64,000 bases of DNA from Flectonema sp. DT1601 (Eukaryota). Under the pieces are notes generated by a model that was given only the letters and a program-made list of their open reading frames with translations, made no database searches and was not told where the DNA came from. Both the position numbers and the translations under genes were made by a program. The stretch is taken from contig OZ025788.1 of assembly GCA_964019425.1 (NCBI GenBank), forward strand, positions 1,426,001 through 1,490,000, read 5' to 3'. Below, one piece after another: positions 46,658-58,938 of this stretch. Positions within the stretch are counted from its first letter, which is position 1. Each line of letters opens with the position of its first letter.

Positions 46658-48941
46658 AGCTAGTGCTGATGGAAGACTTCTCATACTCGGAAGAAGTGCT
46701 GTCTGACTCCTCAGTAGTGCTATCTGACCCCTGAGGTACTACTTGGCGGGTGAGATTTGACTATTTTATACCCAACAGATCCCTGTATTGTATGGTTCTG
46801 ATGCCTCGGACATCCACCATTCGGTGATATCCTGAGTGAGGCTCTGGTTTCCTGATTTACACGAGGGTGTAGTTGGTGATGGTGACACGTGACTCAGAAG
46901 TAATATTCTCAGCACGTCGAACCAATGTTTTGACAACTACTTCAGGGAAGCTTCCAACAAGTGGGCCATTATCACCACCACAGATGCAACATTTTCCTTA
47001 CATAATTGCTACTAGGGTTGATTTGTTAGTAAAAAGGTGCATATCTCTTGAGTGCGGGAGAAGGGAAAAAAATAGTAAAAAAAAAAAAATTAGGGGTGTT
47101 TTTTACTCAGATTTTCTCGATCTTTCCATTCCAGGTCTGGGATTAATATTTATCATTGAGTAGTACCAAGGAAATCTTGCAAAGAGACGTTTATCTCTTT
47201 TTAGCAGCACTTACCATGTTTAAAAGTATATCCCTATGCCTAATTTTACAGATCGCACCCTCCCCGATTCCAAAAAATAAAAAATCGAGCAAAAGTAACA
47301 TATCGTGTAACCTTGCTCAGGCGGTGAGAAAATGGTGTTTTTTGTTCACAAAAAAAAGGAATGACTGATATACATTTCTTATAAGAACTTCTCTTTTTTT
47401 ATCTCTCGATTTCGTGCTTTTACCCTTCACTACGATTCGGTGTTGGATTATAATGGAACCCTGCAATTACTACGCAAGTTCTTTTTTTTTTTTTTTTTTT
47501 TTTGCAATCCAGGCGTCAGGGAGTAATTCTTTCCTTGGCAGTTATTTTTGCGGGAAAAAAAAAAAAAAACTTGGGACTCCTCGCATCCTTATTTTTTTTT
47601 TTTAATTTTTTTTTATTGCTAGCTTTTATATTTGTGTAGAAAGAAAAAAAAAAAAAAAAAAAATAACACAACAAAAAAAAAAAAAATTATACACCTTACG
47701 AAAGCCAAAATTTAGCCTTTTTTTTTCATGCGTTCCTGTTCATTTTCGTCCCCTGTAAGAGACTCGTTCCCCATTTCTGTTTTGAATAAATATAAATTAA
47801 ATTCTCAATCCCGTACGACACTAATGTTGAGTTATTGTTTTTCACATTTTCGTCACTTTCAATAATTAGAGGCGCGATCTAACGTTAAACTGCTATTCTC
47901 GTCAAGATCTTCTTGAAGGCTCAAGCGGTTTATTCGAAAGGTACCGTTCTTTGACTTGGAAGTTGACGCGGCAATTTTTTATTTTTTCCCTTTCCTCCCT
48001 TCTTTTTTCCCTCCACAAACTAAAATATTGAATGGGAGAAACATATCGTTGCGTAACTTGCCTACTAAATAGCCGGCTCAAGGGAGCGAGGTCAACCGAG
48101 AAGATAAAAAAGAAGCAATATGAGATGTTCTCCACTAGTGTGATTCGAACTGGAAATATTTTATTTATTATTTTTTAATCATTTTTACAAAAATAGCTTT
48201 TCCCCTTTAATATTTATTTGATTTTGAAGTGTGTAAAAAAGTACTAGTTTTAAGCTGTAACGGGCTACAGGCATGGGGCGTGGCCCCTCGAATTCCCATA
48301 TTCAACAGCACATGAGATTTATAGATACCAACTGTTTCACTTTTTATTGCAACTAGGTTTGGCCGAACCTGATACCAGTTTCAAGTTGCTTTATATCTAA
48401 TCATGGTATCAAGTTACCTCCACAAACTAAAACTCTCCCTCTGCTTTTGCCCGACCTAAGTCTTTTACTTTCTTCTTCTTCACACGCTGTCAGTTTCAGC
48501 TTTCTATGCAGAATCCTGTTCCACTTTGATGTGTTTTGGAAGAGCTAAACTAAGTGACAAGGTTTCACTAACAGATCTTTGGTCAGCATCTCAGGCTTTT
48601 TGCCGAGGGCGGGGTGGGGTCGCAAGCAATATACCCGATGTCCCCCTTTCCCCCTGTGTAAGATTTACTCCAAGTGTGACTGGATGTGTACAACAAAATA
48701 GTTCGGTTTTTGTTTTTGAAACTTTTCCTTTTTAACCAGCCGCTGCATACGACCTGAAGTGATATGAGTTGAAATAAATAAAAGAAAATAAAACAACCGA
48801 AGAAAGAAAATGATAACCATTTTCTCCTTTACGAACACAGCGGCTGCCCACTCAACGAGCTGTGATGGAAATCCTGAAATGAGTTGACGGAGCATTCGAT
48901 TGATAATAAACATTTTCTTGCGTTCTTCAGACAACAAACAC

Positions 48942-49270
48942 ATGTCGACAGTCAGTGAGCCGCAGACGAAATACCATTTTCTTCCCTTTGTCAAATGCAC
49001 AGATCACTTGATATATATAGGTCTTGCAGTATTTATTCTTTTAGGGCTGTAGCTGTAGCCTGGATAACACTGATTCTGAGATAGGCAGCACGATGGCGTT
49101 TGAAGCAGCCGCAGTTGTCATATTTATAGGAGTGACGGTGTTGGTCAATCTACCAAAGAATCGTATCGCTGAGGAAAAGTTAGCCGTCTCAAAATTCAGA
49201 GCAAAATTAATAAAAGATTCTAATAAAATAAATAGGGAAGCACTCGAAAACAACCAAAAACAACAAAAGG
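48942..49270 (+). pseudogene. 5' fragment of the NTPase family (copy 6), frameshifted and truncated by the dispersed repeat
   Basis: Matches the copy 4 5' end with two single-G losses; junction CAACAAAAGG|TTTTCATTTC. Confidence 0.85.
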
Positions 49271-50151
49271 TTTTCATTTCTTGCTGAGTGACATGGCTAT
49301 GTGCTGCCCAATTCTCGTGGTACATTTCTAAAGCTTTTCGGTAAGCCCGCAGTACAATTATAATGCTTTGGACAACTGGGGGTGAACGATCCTCGGTACT
49401 GTTCCGGGGTTTTCTATTTTCTTTCGTGGAGTGCGGGCATATGGCACATGTGGTCGTATTATAAAGAAAGATGTATATGAAAGAAAGAAGATTTTTTATT
49501 TTTTTCACCTTCCCCCCCACTCCCAGATCATTTCTCTTTTATTTTCTTTTGTTGTTTACAACTCTGGGCAAGGTGGAGGCTGGAAGTCGATCACTTCCAG
49601 CCAATACTATGAAACTACAATCTTCGCGATTGGGTCCTTACTGATGCGGGCTACCCAGACCCCTCGTAGTCATCAGTTTGCATTTCGCTTTATAAAAAAA
49701 AAAAAAAAAATAGCCACTGATGAAGTGATCTTTCACCTGGTAAAAGCAAGGTTAGGCCTGCTGTGATTAAGCAGAAAGTAGATTACTTCATTTGTGTCTT
49801 TTCATTTCCCCCCCACCAATATCATTTATCTTTTCATTCCTCCTTAATTTTTTTAAACATATAGAAAACTACGTCTCTTCTCGCCACAACTGTGAGTCTC
49901 ATGGTTGATACCCCGTGGTCTTTCCCGGGGTTTTGACTTCCCCGACTCCAAAAAGAAAACAAGCCACTGATGAAGTAATCTTTCAACTGGTTGATAAGTG
50001 TGCTTTACTGATCATCGTAACTAAGTATGCTTTGATTTCATAAAAAGAAAAGAAAAATAATCCAGTTTAGCTGGTGACACTTAAAGCCTGCTGTGGTTGA
50101 GTTGGTAGAATACTTGTAAGGATCTTTTTTTTTTTATCATTTTTCTTTTTT

Positions 50152-50318
50152 GGGAAAACCTCTAATTCCACCAAAATAGTTTGCGAAATCGCAAGGAAAT
50201 CAGAACTTCGACAGTTTTGAATTATTTCTGTCATGTTGAGTTGTCTTGAGTGGTTATATATTTTTGTGATGAGTTGGCAATTTCGCAAACTATTTTTGTG
50301 GAATTAGGAGGTTTTCCC
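50152..50318. mobile_element. Second copy of the 167-bp MITE-like element, within the duplication
   Basis: Same sequence and TIRs as 43070-43236. Confidence 0.8.
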
Positions 50319-51477
50319 TTTTTATTTTCTTTTATCTGTTGTGTGTCACCTAAAGACCGTATTATTAATAAAATATGAAACCATTGCTAGTGATGGTTTA
50401 CTTCCCTCGTCTGTAAGGATCATAAGAAGGACTCATTAGATATTAAAGGATCCCTCGGTAGATGTACTTCAAGGGAAAGTAAACTAGAGCAGCAATACTT
50501 TAACACTACTTTTACACATTTGTATAATCAATATTTAATACGATACGGTTGTATTCTACACTTCAGTCCCGTAAGCCGAACATCATGGGTAACTACACTT
50601 TCCTCCCGTCCTCCTCTCCTGAAAAAATAAAGAAAAATTGTATCTGCGCTGTACCATCGTCGAGTCCCAAAATAAGAATAAATCGAACAGTGGACGAGTC
50701 ATCTATGGCGCTCTACCATTATCTTCTGATGAGTCTTTCATTTGATTAATCATTTCCGTCAACATTAAAGTTAGTTCTTTTCTTATTTCTTAACAGCTGC
50801 AGGGGTCGCGTTCCTCGCCTCAACAGGAGCTATGATGTGGGAGATGAATACAATTTTATGATTTGTAGTAGAGACTTCAGATGTTTGCGGGGAACCAATT
50901 AATTTGTTAGTCAGATTGCGTGACTTTTGATCCTTTAAAAGGACGCAACTTGACGAAGGACCTGCAAACCGACAGCACTGACCTGAAATCAGATTGAAGT
51001 CACCAACTGAGAGTATTCGAAGATCTCTCTCTGATGAGACTCTAAGAAAACCAACTACAGATGTGTAGCATGCAGGCAATAGTTTTTTAAAAGAACGGAT
51101 GAAATAAAAGTGTTTTTCGATCTACTTCGAGTAGCAGTTTTCTTAAAGCTTTACGTAAAGGTGAAAATGGTTATCATTTTCTTTCTTCGGTTGTTTTGTT
51201 TTCTTTTATTTATTTCAACTCATATCACTTCAGGTCGTATGCAGCAGCGGGTATGGTTAAAAAGGAAAGTTTCAAAAAGAACAAAAGATGCTTTTGAACG
51301 ATGTAAAGTGATGAGATACCTTTCCGTCTGTTCATTTCATATCCGGGGGTTTGATGGTCACTCCAGTTGTGAAGAACATCAGATGTGATGGAAATCCTGA
51401 AATGAGTTGACGGAGCATTCGATTGATAATATAATGAAACTTTGAAACAATTCTTGCGTTCTTCAGACAACAAACAC

Positions 51478-52983
51478 ATGTCGACAGTCAGTGAGCCGCA
51501 GACGAAATACCGTTTTCTTCCCTTTGTCAAATGCACAGATCACTTGATATATATAGGTCTTGCAGTATTTATTCTTTTAGGGGCTGTAGCTGTAGCCTGG
51601 GATAAGACTGATTCTGAGATAGGCAGCGCGATTGCGCTTGGGGCAGCCACAGTTGTCATGATTTTCGTAATGATGGTGTTGGTCTATCTACCAAGAAATC
51701 GTATCGCTGAGGAAATGTTAGCCGCCGCAAAATCGAAATTAATATTGACAGAAGATTCTAATAAAATAAATAGGGAAGCACTCGAAAACAACCAAAAACA
51801 ACAAAAGGAAGACACAATTATGCGAGACGCTGTTGCGAATATGCAGCAGGTCAAATTCAATATTCCTGAGAAAGTCTTTCCTCGTAAAGAAAGTAATTCG
51901 ATTTATCAATATCTCGATAAGTTACCTCATAATAAATATGAAGCAATTAAACAATACCTCGATAACTTTAGCATTAAACCCAGATTTATGATCGTTACCG
52001 GATCCCCAGGAGTAGGGAAGACAACCATAATCAAGCAGGCACTTAATAAGATGAAAGGAGTCATTCCTATTTATGTAAACATCGAATCGAGTGACCAAGC
52101 GAAGCATACAAATTTAAAGGAGGTTATCCTCCAAGGGCTTGGAGCAAAAGAAACTTCACTGTCGTTTGAAAAGTTTATTAAAACCCTCTCTGCAAAATGT
52201 CGGAATAGTAAGTTTGTGATCTATGTCGATATGAAAGTAAATGGGACAATAAGCGCTGAAGACCTTCAATTGATTGGGATCAGAATTGGATCATTTGGAC
52301 GCTTACTTTCAGAACTACAGTGTCCGTTCATAATAGAAATCAGCAACTCTCATATTTCAGACTCCATCATCAACTCAAGGGATTTCAGGGGTATCTTCAA
52401 AGAGGTTCGCGTTCATATGACACTGGAGCAATTTTCCTTGTGCTGTTACGCGGAGATGAAATACATTAACCTCACTAAATACGCGACAATTCATTTCAAA
52501 GAATTTCTTGAGTGCGCGGCGGAATGGTACTTCATGGTTGGAAACAACCCCCGCGAATTTGGTTCCGTACTGGAGAGAGTGAAGGAGTCAGGTTGTGGGC
52601 AGAAGCGGTTTCATAAAAGTATGTTTTTGAGAGTGGGGACGCGAAAAGGTCGCGTAAATGGGTAACAAAACAAAACATAAATAACAACAGAAGCTAAGGC
52701 ATTACACAGAGCATTAACGAGCTCAGTTGTAAGTCTGTCCCAGAAAATTAAGAATTTCTTAGAAAAGGTTGCACGGGAAGGGCCAACTGGATACGTTCCA
52801 GAAAACAACGAGGAACTTAAAACAGTGGAAGCCCTCCTCCTCCACCCGGAACCCGTCATCCGCTATAATGAAGGTGAGGTATCCCTTTGTGAGGTGTCTC
52901 ACGCCTATTACTTGATTAGTATCAAACAGTCCGAGTCGCACAGCGTTATTAAAAAAATGAAGCAGTGCGGGTGGGGTAAATGA
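51478..52983 (+). CDS. TM-anchored P-loop NTPase, copy 7 (intact; intron 52619-52690)
   Basis: Walker A GSPGVGKT, VIYVD, VGNNPR; exon 2 open to CGWGK*. Confidence 0.85.
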
Positions 52984-53391
52984 TTCTAGTATTCCTGCTG
53001 CCACTGTCCTGTCTAAGTCTGTTGTATCATACTTCTCACACCTGAAAGAGATTCGTTTCCCATTTCTGTTTTGAATAAATATAAATAAAAATTCTCAATT
53101 CCGCACCACATTGAATAGAGAATATTTAGTTATTGTTTTTTTCTCGTGTCACTTTCCTGTCGCGGTCCACAAATATTAAACTCCCGTTCTTCTCTTGAAA
53201 GTTGATTTCTTGTTGAATAAGGGTTTTATGTTTGATGAGATCGTTATAACTTGAAAGATGACGTTTCCTTTTTTTCCCCTCCACAAAACTGAAAAACATA
53301 TCGTCCTGTCAACAGGTTTTTTAAAAAAAAAAGAAGTAAGTAAATAAAATAAAAAAACCCACGGAACACCCGTCGGGAGACAATTCGTATT

Positions 53392-54148
53392 TGTCGCGTA
53401 AATGGGTAACAAAACAAAACATAAATAACAACAGAAACTAAGGCATTATACGGAGCATCAACGAGCTCAGTTGTAAGTCTGTGTCAGAAAAGTAAAGATC
53501 ATCTCCGTTTGTTAGAAAAGGTTGCACGGGGGGGGCCAACCGGATACTACCCAGACAGCGAGGAACTTAAAACAGTGGAAGCCCTCCTCCTCCACCCGGA
53601 ACCCGTCATCCGCTATAATGAAGGTGAGGTATTCCTTTGTGAGGTGTCTCACGCCTTTTACTTGATTAGTATCAAACAGTCCGATTATCCGAATAATTCG
53701 CAGAGCGTTATTAAAAAAATGAAGCAGTGCGGGTGGGGTAAATGATTCTAGTATTCCTGCTGCCACTGTCCTGTCTAAGTCTGTTGTATCATACTTCTGA
53801 AAGAGATTCGTTTCCCATTTCTGTTTTGAATAAATATAAATAAAAATTCTCAATTCCGCACCACATTGAATAGAGAATATTTAGTTATTGTTTTTTTCTC
53901 GTGTCACTTTCCTGTCGCGGTCCACAAATATTAAACTCCCGTTCTTCTCTTGAAAGTTGATTTCTTGTTGAATAAGGGTTTTATGTTTGATGAGATCGTT
54001 ATAACTTGAAAGATGACGTTTCCTTTTTTCCCCCTCCACAAAACTGAAAAACATATCGTCCTGTCAACAGGTTTTTTAAAAAAAAAAGAAGTAAGTAAAT
54101 AAAATAAAAAAACCCACGGAACACCAGTCGGGAGACAATTCGTATTTG
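53392..54148 (+). pseudogene. Tandemly duplicated intron 3' end, exon 2 and 3' flank of the NTPase (copy 8)
   Basis: Repeats ~52649-53391; exon 2 variant open to 53745. Confidence 0.85.
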
Positions 54149-55675
54149 GCTTATTCTTTTAGAGACCACCAGTTTTCTAAGCTGGAATTCCAGCAAAGAA
54201 AAGTAAGTAAAAGAGCTGTACTAGCATGTGTTTACTTCTCGGTAGAAATACGGCTTCGGTCCGCCGCAGTTATTTACCTGATCCTTTTGGTTTTCATTTC
54301 TTGCTGAGTGATATGGCTATGTACTATCACTCAGCACAGGAAAAGAAAGCAACAGCGATTCTCCCAGTAGTGGTGTTCGGACAAGTCTCCTGGAATGGCG
54401 TACATCTGAGCAGCCATCCAGTCTACCTAGCAAGAGTCGCTCAGTTTGGGAGGATTTATTTCCACCCCCTTTTATTTTATTTACTCTTTCACTTCCCTCC
54501 AATTATTTTGTGTACGATACTACCTAACTAACTTTTTCTTCTCTAAAAGGTTATTATTACCAACTTACTTTTTCTTCTAATTGTTTTAACCAGCTGGAAT
54601 TATTGTAATCATTCTTATCTTCTTCTGTCAACACATTTCTACAATATGCGACTCATCATCGTCTTCGTCTTCCTCATGTTCTCAGGAAGTGTACGACAGC
54701 TCGTTGAGTGGGCAGTCGCTGTCGCTGTGTTCGTCGAGGAGAAAATGGTTATCATTTTCTTTCTTCGGTTGTTTTGTTTTCTTTTATTTATTTCAACTCA
54801 TATCACTTCAGGTCGTATGCAGCAGCGGGTATGGTTAAAAAGGAAAGTTTCAAAAAGAACAAAAGATGCTTTTGAACGATGTAAAGTGATGAGATACCTT
54901 TCCGTCTGTTCATTTCATATCCGGGGGTTTGATGGTCACTCCAGTTGTGAAGAACATCACCTTTGCGATGGCTAGGTTATAGTGTTGCAGTTTTGCGGGT
55001 ATGGGGCATAACAGATGCTGCATAAGACACGAGAGTGAAGTGCGTCACTTAGACAATTAAAATACTGAATTTGAGGCTGCTATATCTGATTTAAAGTGTC
55101 AATCTGCTCGAAAGGAATTATATTAATCAATGTGTGAGGAACGAGATGCTTTGCAAGTACAAAGGGAAGACACTTATCGAATTCAAAAGGAGAATCTCGT
55201 CACCCACAATCGAATTCAATTAATTAACTATCTGATTTTCACGCGTGGGTGGGTTTTTACCGAGTGAGGTAAAGAAGGTAAAGAAACGAGGTAAAAACTC
55301 ACCCAAGTGAAAATCTGTATCTGATTTTGCATCTAAAACCGTCATTTTATTTTACGATAGGAGGCTTCGAAGGGAAAATTTACACCCCGGCGGTCTACGG
55401 GATCTTCGGCCACCTCCGCTTCCCCGTCGTTCGCAGCCTCGCGTAGTCCCGTGACTCCGCGCCAGCTCACGGTTTCCTTGAGCAGAGTCAGTGTCTTCTC
55501 AAACTTTCAGTTTCGACCAGACATAGCTGCTGTTGCAAATAGTTTTGATTCGTTTTTATATTTTATCGCAGTCACTCACAGGTATTGATATGATCAAAGG
55601 GACACAGTTTATGAGTAGAGAGGATGGTACTTCAAATCACTTAAAATACTAAATACCTCACACCAGACATACAAC

Positions 55676-56104
55676 ATGGTTGTTTCTCTAAAGACTCAGA
55701 TGATACCAATGCGGAAGAAGCAGAAGCTTCCCCGAAGTATGCCACTGCGAGCTCCAGTTCGACGAGGCCCACGTAAAGCTCGAGGCAAATTCTCAGAGAG
55801 AGTTTCAGCAAACGATTGGACTGAACTCAGAGTTGTCAATCAAATTAAGGAATTGATAAAAAGTAGCGGAGTTGTCGTCACACCTGACGGGTTGGAACTG
55901 CTGTCGTGGTACTTCGCAAAGAAGGTTCAGGACTGCAGCGTTGCGGCTTCTGATTTAGTGCAACTCGAGAAAAAGAAGACAATTTGCGCACGAAGCATTT
56001 TCGTAGCCCTGTCGTTAAATATATCTAACCCAGATCACTCAAAACAGGCATTGGAAACAGCAAAAAGGTTTTTGTGTGGAGATTCTGATTCTGGCAACTT
56101 GTGA
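55676..56104 (+). CDS. Divergent histone-fold protein, H2B-like, with basic N-terminal tail
   Basis: K/R-rich tail; ASDLVQLEKKKTICARSIFVALSL aligns by eye with H2B [24 protein letters not shown]. Confidence 0.65.
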   Translation: MVVSLKTQMIPMRKKQKLPRSMPLRAPVRRGPRKARGKFSERVSANDWTELRVVNQIKELIKSSGVVVTPDGLELLSWYFAKKVQDCSVAASDLVQLEKKKTICARSIFVALSLNISNPDHSKQALETAKRFLCGDSDSGNL

Positions 56105-56338
56105 CATTAATTAAATTATTGACATCGGGTCGGTCATCACAACAGATGATCACATTTCGCTATTCACGATTTCTCTTATTTTATCTTTTTTTATTTTGGC
56201 TATCTGTAGATATTTTTTAACCCAATTTACTCATCCTGATAGCCTTCTTGTTTGTGTGTAGCTGTTTGGGTAGTTACTCTCGTTCGGAATTATATTTTTC
56301 TCAAAAGTGGAGAGGTGGGCGGTTTTATAATAACAAAT

Positions 56339-57661
56339 ATGATCCCAACAGGACACGGTTATCTAAATCCTTCAATCTCTCCACAAAGGATCAGCTTTGT
56401 TAGGGATGCAGCAATGGTACCCACAATGAGACCTGTCGTTATGAGTACCACAGCTGAAGTTAAAACCAAAAAGATTCATATCAGCTGGAGAGGTAGAAGT
56501 GAAGAGATTCAGGTGAGCAATAAAAACACAAAAGGTGATGTAAAAGATTTGATAAAAGAAATATTTGAAGGAATGGACAGTGAAGTTGTACTTCAACATC
56601 AAGGCTGTAGTGTAATACCAACGTATGATGGAATAGTTGAGGGTGAAATCTACACAGTGAGAGATTCTAAGTACACTACACCAACAACAACATCACCATC
56701 ACCATCACATCACATTATGTCATCACCTGGTCATGTGACTGTTACGAAAAGAGTTGATGTGAATCAAACTCTACAACAGACTTACTCTACTTCAGGGAAG
56801 ACAATAAGAGCTGTTTTAATTGGAGTTGCATATCAAAGAAAGCCTCGATACACTCTAGACAGTTCTGTTATAAACTCTTCTGTTATGAAGATGAGACAAC
56901 TTATTGAAAGTCGGTATTCTGATGGAGACTCAAACTCAAATATTGAAATCGCTCAAGTGATTGAAGACGTCCACGAGGGTGGAGTTGTTCTAAAGAAAGG
57001 AGGAACTAGAAGACGAGATATTATTAGATGGGCAGAGTGGTTAGCTAGTTCAACGGCAGATGTTAAATTATTTTATTTTATCGGTCATGCAGCAGTAGTT
57101 TCAAGACCAACTACTTTAGCTGATCAAACAGTTAATGAAGAAATGTTACTTCCATCTGACTTTTCTCTTTCAGCAAATGATCCGATGGTAGCCGCACCCT
57201 CTGCTGACAGCAATCCTTACAACGGTATTCGTAGTAGTGACTTACTAAGTGCGTTCCATTCAGCTGGTGGTAAAAGTAATATCACTTGTGTCTTTGACTG
57301 TTCTTACACTGGAACTGTTTTGTCTCTTAAAAGTTCTCTTCGATTATTCTCAATCGGATCTGAAATGATTGAACAGAAACACGACGAAGACCTCAACAGT
57401 TCTACAGATGCACCGACTGTTTCAGTTCTGTCCCTCATTCGTACCAGTGAATCTGCTTTTAATCAACCTGTACTTGGGATAATAACAAGTTGTATTACAA
57501 ATACGTTGAGTGATCATCAGAATCCGAGTCAACTTATTTCAAACGAGAAGTATCTCAGCGCTGTGGCTGCATATCTGCGGAGATTTCATCCAAATGCTGG
57601 TGTCTGTCCTCTTGTGTCTGGGTCGAGGGAGTTAATGTTTGGTAGCCCATTAAACTTTTAA
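56339..57661 (+). CDS. Metacaspase-like (peptidase C14) protein, probably inactive
   Basis: RAVLIGVAY, LFYFIGHA, LLPSDF, ITCVFDCSYTGTVL. Confidence 0.8.
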   Translation: MIPTGHGYLNPSISPQRISFVRDAAMVPTMRPVVMSTTAEVKTKKIHISWRGRSEEIQVSNKNTKGDVKDLIKEIFEGMDSEVVLQHQGCSVIPTYDGIVEGEIYTVRDSKYTTPTTTSPSPSHHIMSSPGHVTVTKRVDVNQTLQQTYSTSGKTIRAVLIGVAYQRKPRYTLDSSVINSSVMKMRQLIESRYSDGDSNSNIEIAQVIEDVHEGGVVLKKGGTRRRDIIRWAEWLASSTADVKLFYFIGHAAVVSRPTTLADQTVNEEMLLPSDFSLSANDPMVAAPSADSNPYNGIRSSDLLSAFHSAGGKSNITCVFDCSYTGTVLSLKSSLRLFSIGSEMIEQKHDEDLNSSTDAPTVSVLSLIRTSESAFNQPVLGIITSCITNTLSDHQNPSQLISNEKYLSAVAAYLRRFHPNAGVCPLVSGSRELMFGSPLNF

Positions 57662-57888
57662 ATTGATTATTCGAATCAATTCCACTCTTTCGGTGTTGTT
57701 CCGGAAGAAGTTATTTCTTCGTATTCACTTTTTGTATTTCTTGTATCTGTACATTAGTAATAAAGATAATCCGAGTTGGTGTTGTTAGCGTTTCTTTTTG
57801 TTCACAGAGTACAACATGGACAGAATAATTCGAATTGATAACACATTTCAGTTATTTATTAACATCATTACACACAGTGGGGGTCATC

Positions 57889-58938
57889 ATGAGCGCGTTT
57901 GACGTCAAAATGGGAGAACAGGCGGCGGAGGATGAAGACGCCGCTGAACTCTCTCCCCGCAGCATGCACTCAATTGAAATAGATTTAAGTGATGATGTAG
58001 CCATGGGGGAAAAGTATCCACCGCAACCGACATCAGCAGCACCCATCACAGTTAAGGAAGCTACTGAAGAAGAAGAAACATTCCCTCACAAATTATATAG
58101 AGGAAATAATACAATAATCGCTGGAGGGTTATGTGTCATGGGACCACAGAAAGGATATTGTATAATGGCAGAGTTACTTATTGTCTTCCCTGTTGTGATG
58201 TACTTTACGACTTTAGCAGACGCTATTCCGTCACCTTATAAGGAAGTTGGATATGGAATAATACTATTACCAATTATTACTTTAGCCTTTGTATCAACAA
58301 CAGACCCAGGTATTCTACGAAGGTATTCAACAAAACCAGTTACTCATCCGAGTACGTACTTAGCTGTTAAAGTAAAGGGAAAAGATCTTCAAATGAAGTT
58401 CTGTGACATCTGTCTTACTTATCGACCACCACGAGCAAGACATTGTCATATTTGTGATAATTGTGTTGAAGTGTTTGATCATCACTGTCCTTGGACAGGA
58501 ACTTGTATTGGAAAAGGTAATTATCGTTATTTTATTTGGTTTTTATGTTCTCTCAATATCGCTACTTGGTGGCTTGCTGGAGTCACATTATTCTATTGGC
58601 TAAAAGAATCACAAGAAACACGTGACACGCCAGGTGAAGTAGCAAGAGACAATTCAATGATTCCTGTTCTTGTTCTACTCGCGTATCTTTCATTCGCAGC
58701 AGTTGCTGTAGGGGGTCTGACTGCTTATCATTTATACCTGGTAGTGAGTGGTCAGAGTACTCGTGAACACCTTCGTAATATCCCTGACCCAGGATATAAG
58801 AGATCACTTGGTTGTTGTAGAAACTTATTGAGAGCCTTCTGCTGTAAGAATTCATCTCTCGATGGAATATTTGAAGCCGAAAAGGCAGCACTTGATGCGA
58901 AGTACCCGTCCGTTAAGATTGACCACGAGAGGAGTTGA
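57889..58938 (+). CDS. DHHC palmitoyltransferase
   Basis: FCDICLTYRPPRARHCHICDNCVEVFDHHCPWTGTCIGKGNYRYF, TTDPG, four TMs; ATG after a CACACAG acceptor. Confidence 0.95.
   Translation: MSAFDVKMGEQAAEDEDAAELSPRSMHSIEIDLSDDVAMGEKYPPQPTSAAPITVKEATEEEETFPHKLYRGNNTIIAGGLCVMGPQKGYCIMAELLIVFPVVMYFTTLADAIPSPYKEVGYGIILLPIITLAFVSTTDPGILRRYSTKPVTHPSTYLAVKVKGKDLQMKFCDICLTYRPPRARHCHICDNCVEVFDHHCPWTGTCIGKGNYRYFIWFLCSLNIATWWLAGVTLFYWLKESQETRDTPGEVARDNSMIPVLVLLAYLSFAAVAVGGLTAYHLYLVVSGQSTREHLRNIPDPGYKRSLGCCRNLLRAFCCKNSSLDGIFEAEKAALDAKYPSVKIDHERS

Noticed and set aside
46590..47010. Possible decayed minus-strand gene (KCCICGG..., acidic run)
   Set aside because: Interrupted by stops; no assignable family.
49040..49070. 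Programmed frameshifts in copy 6
   Set aside because: Single-G losses in homopolymers of a truncated copy; decay or sequencing error is more likely.
55404..55430. HDV-like ribozyme or L1Tc-type signature (GGCCACCTC)
   Set aside because: Only about 9 nt match; the nested pairings could not be built.
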